This document shows, one piece after another, positions 62,884 to 64,000 of a stretch of 64,000 bases of DNA. This DNA comes from an uncultured Actinomycetes bacterium (GTDB taxonomy: Bacteria; Actinomycetota; Thermoleophilia; Solirubrobacterales; Solirubrobacteraceae). The notes beneath the pieces are model-generated. The model ran no database searches. It saw nothing but the letters and a program-made list of their open reading frames with translations, and had not been told where the DNA came from. Made by a program: the position numbers and the translations under genes. The first letter of the stretch is position 1, and every line of letters starts with the position of its first letter. The stretch covers positions 110,494 to 174,493 of the forward strand of contig CAVPCS010000012.1 of NCBI GenBank assembly GCA_963702505.1. Direction: 5' to 3'.

Positions 62884-64000
62884 TCAGCTGACGTACGTGG
62901 AGACGGCGGGAGCCTGCGCGGAGATGTTCCCCGCAGCATCCACGGCCTCGACCGCGTAGGTGTACGTCTTCCCGTTCGCGAGGTCGAGGTCGGTGTAGCT
63001 CGTCCCGGTCGGCTGGCTCCGAGGACGTAGGCCCCGGAGTTCGTCTTGCGGTGCACGCGGTAGCGCACGACGCCGACGTTATCGGTCGACGCCGTCCACG
63101 CCACGGTGATCGAGTGCTGCTGGTTGTTCTTCGTGAGCGTGATGCCGCCGGGGATCGACGGCGCCAGCGTGTCGCGCGGCGTCACGTTCACCGGCGAGCT
63201 CGTCGCGGACGTGTTGCCCTTGGCGTCCACCGCGGCGACCGTGTACGCGTACTGCGTCCCGTTCGCGAGGCCCGTGTCGGTGAACGACGGGCCCGCGGGC
63301 GAGCCGACGAGCTGTCCGGCGCGGTAGACCTTGTAGCCGGTCACCCCGACGTCGTCCGTGGACGCGGTCCAGGTCAGCGACACCTGATTGGTACCGGCCG
63401 TCCCCACGACGTTCGCCGGAACCGACGGGGGCGTCTGGTCGGAGACGACCGGGGCCGTCGGCGTCGCGCTCACCGGCGAGGAGGCCGACTGACGCGTTGC
63501 CGGCGCCGTCGACCGCAACGACCTTGTACGTGTGCTGGACGCCGTTCGCCAGCCCGGTGTCGGCGAAGTACAGGGTCGCCGGCGGTCCGACGAGGACGTC
63601 GTCGCGGTACACGCGGTAGCCGGTCACGCCGACGTTGTCGGTCGCGGCGTTCCAGCACAGCGAGACCTGCGTGTCGCCCGGGGTCGCGGTCAGCCCGCCG
63701 GGGGTCGACGGCGCGACCGTGTCGGCGGGCGTCGCGGAGACGCTGCTCGCCGGCGACGCGTTGCCCGCTGCGTCGATCGCGAGGACCGTGTACGCGTACG
63801 TCGTCCCGTTCACGAGCTGCAGGTCGGTGAACGTCCGTCCCTCCTGGAAGGCGATGGCGACGCCGTCGCGGCGCAGCTCGTAGAACACGACGCCGACGTC
63901 GTCGCTCGCCGCGCCCCAGCTGAGCGCGACCTGACGGTCGCCGGGGGTCGCGGTGAAGGCCGGCGGAGCGGCGAGGGCGCCGTGACGTCCTTGGCCGCCG
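62884..64000 (-). CDS. fibronectin type III tandem-repeat protein, N-terminus beyond the window end; apparent frameshifts
   Basis: At least 4 consecutive ~90-aa FN3 units are present (QVSLTWTASTDDVGVTGYKVYRAG...GTQYAYTVAAVDAKGNTS, ITVAWTASTDNVGVVRYRVHRK, VSLCWNAATDNVGVTGYRVYRDD...HTYKVVAVDGAGNAS). It ends in the same ...STYVS* as the neighbouring paralog. Confidence 0.7.

Noticed and set aside
1-64000. A search for CRISPR arrays, transposase or integrase genes with terminal inverted repeats, and rRNA or tRNA genes.
   Set aside because: No regularly spaced direct repeats were found, and no transposase-like ORFs. XerC is chromosomal-type and not flanked by att-like repeats. Nothing rRNA- or tRNA-like was convincing.

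Overview
This is a high-GC (about 70-73%) chromosomal core region, most likely from an Actinomycetota genome. The organism assignment is inference from GC content and gene order only.

Almost the whole window is a conserved housekeeping backbone, mostly on the + strand:
- a riboflavin operon (ribD, ribE, ribBA, ribH), then rpmB, yloV, recG, rsmD and coaD;
- an accessory insertion of about 12 kb: a MacB-type ABC transporter, an RmuC/DUF2130-like gene, fadD, a thiol-redox/CopC cluster and an alcohol dehydrogenase;
- yceD, an antisense GNAT acetyltransferase, then rpmF, plsX, acpP, rnc, smc, a NUDIX hydrolase, a secreted beta-propeller protein and ftsY;
- an NfeD/SPFH pair, then ffh, rpsP, a KH protein, rimM, trmD, rplS, lepB and rnhB;
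- an antisense yraN, then comM, dprA, thiD, two hypothetical genes, ilvD, a HAD nucleotidase and an L,D-transpeptidase;
- xerC, a FliA/WhiG-type sigma factor, an EF-G paralog, a zinc-ribbon protein, a small ORF and rnhA;
- a fasciclin lipoprotein and a GST.

The last 8 kb (about 56.0-64.0 kb) is different in kind. GC content drops visibly. It opens with an AT-richer control region that has a perfect 16-bp palindrome and repeated CGGTAWT motifs. Then comes a LuxR-family regulator, followed by very large secreted repeat proteins with HYR/Ig-like and fibronectin-III modules. This is the best candidate for an accessory, possibly horizontally acquired, surface-protein system.

Many conserved genes are broken by apparent +1/-1 frameshifts: all four rib genes, recG, smc, ftsY, thiD, ilvD, the ABC transporter and others. 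The pattern looks like assembly indel error rather than biology. Coordinates of those genes are therefore approximate.

No rRNA, tRNA, CRISPR array or transposase was detected.
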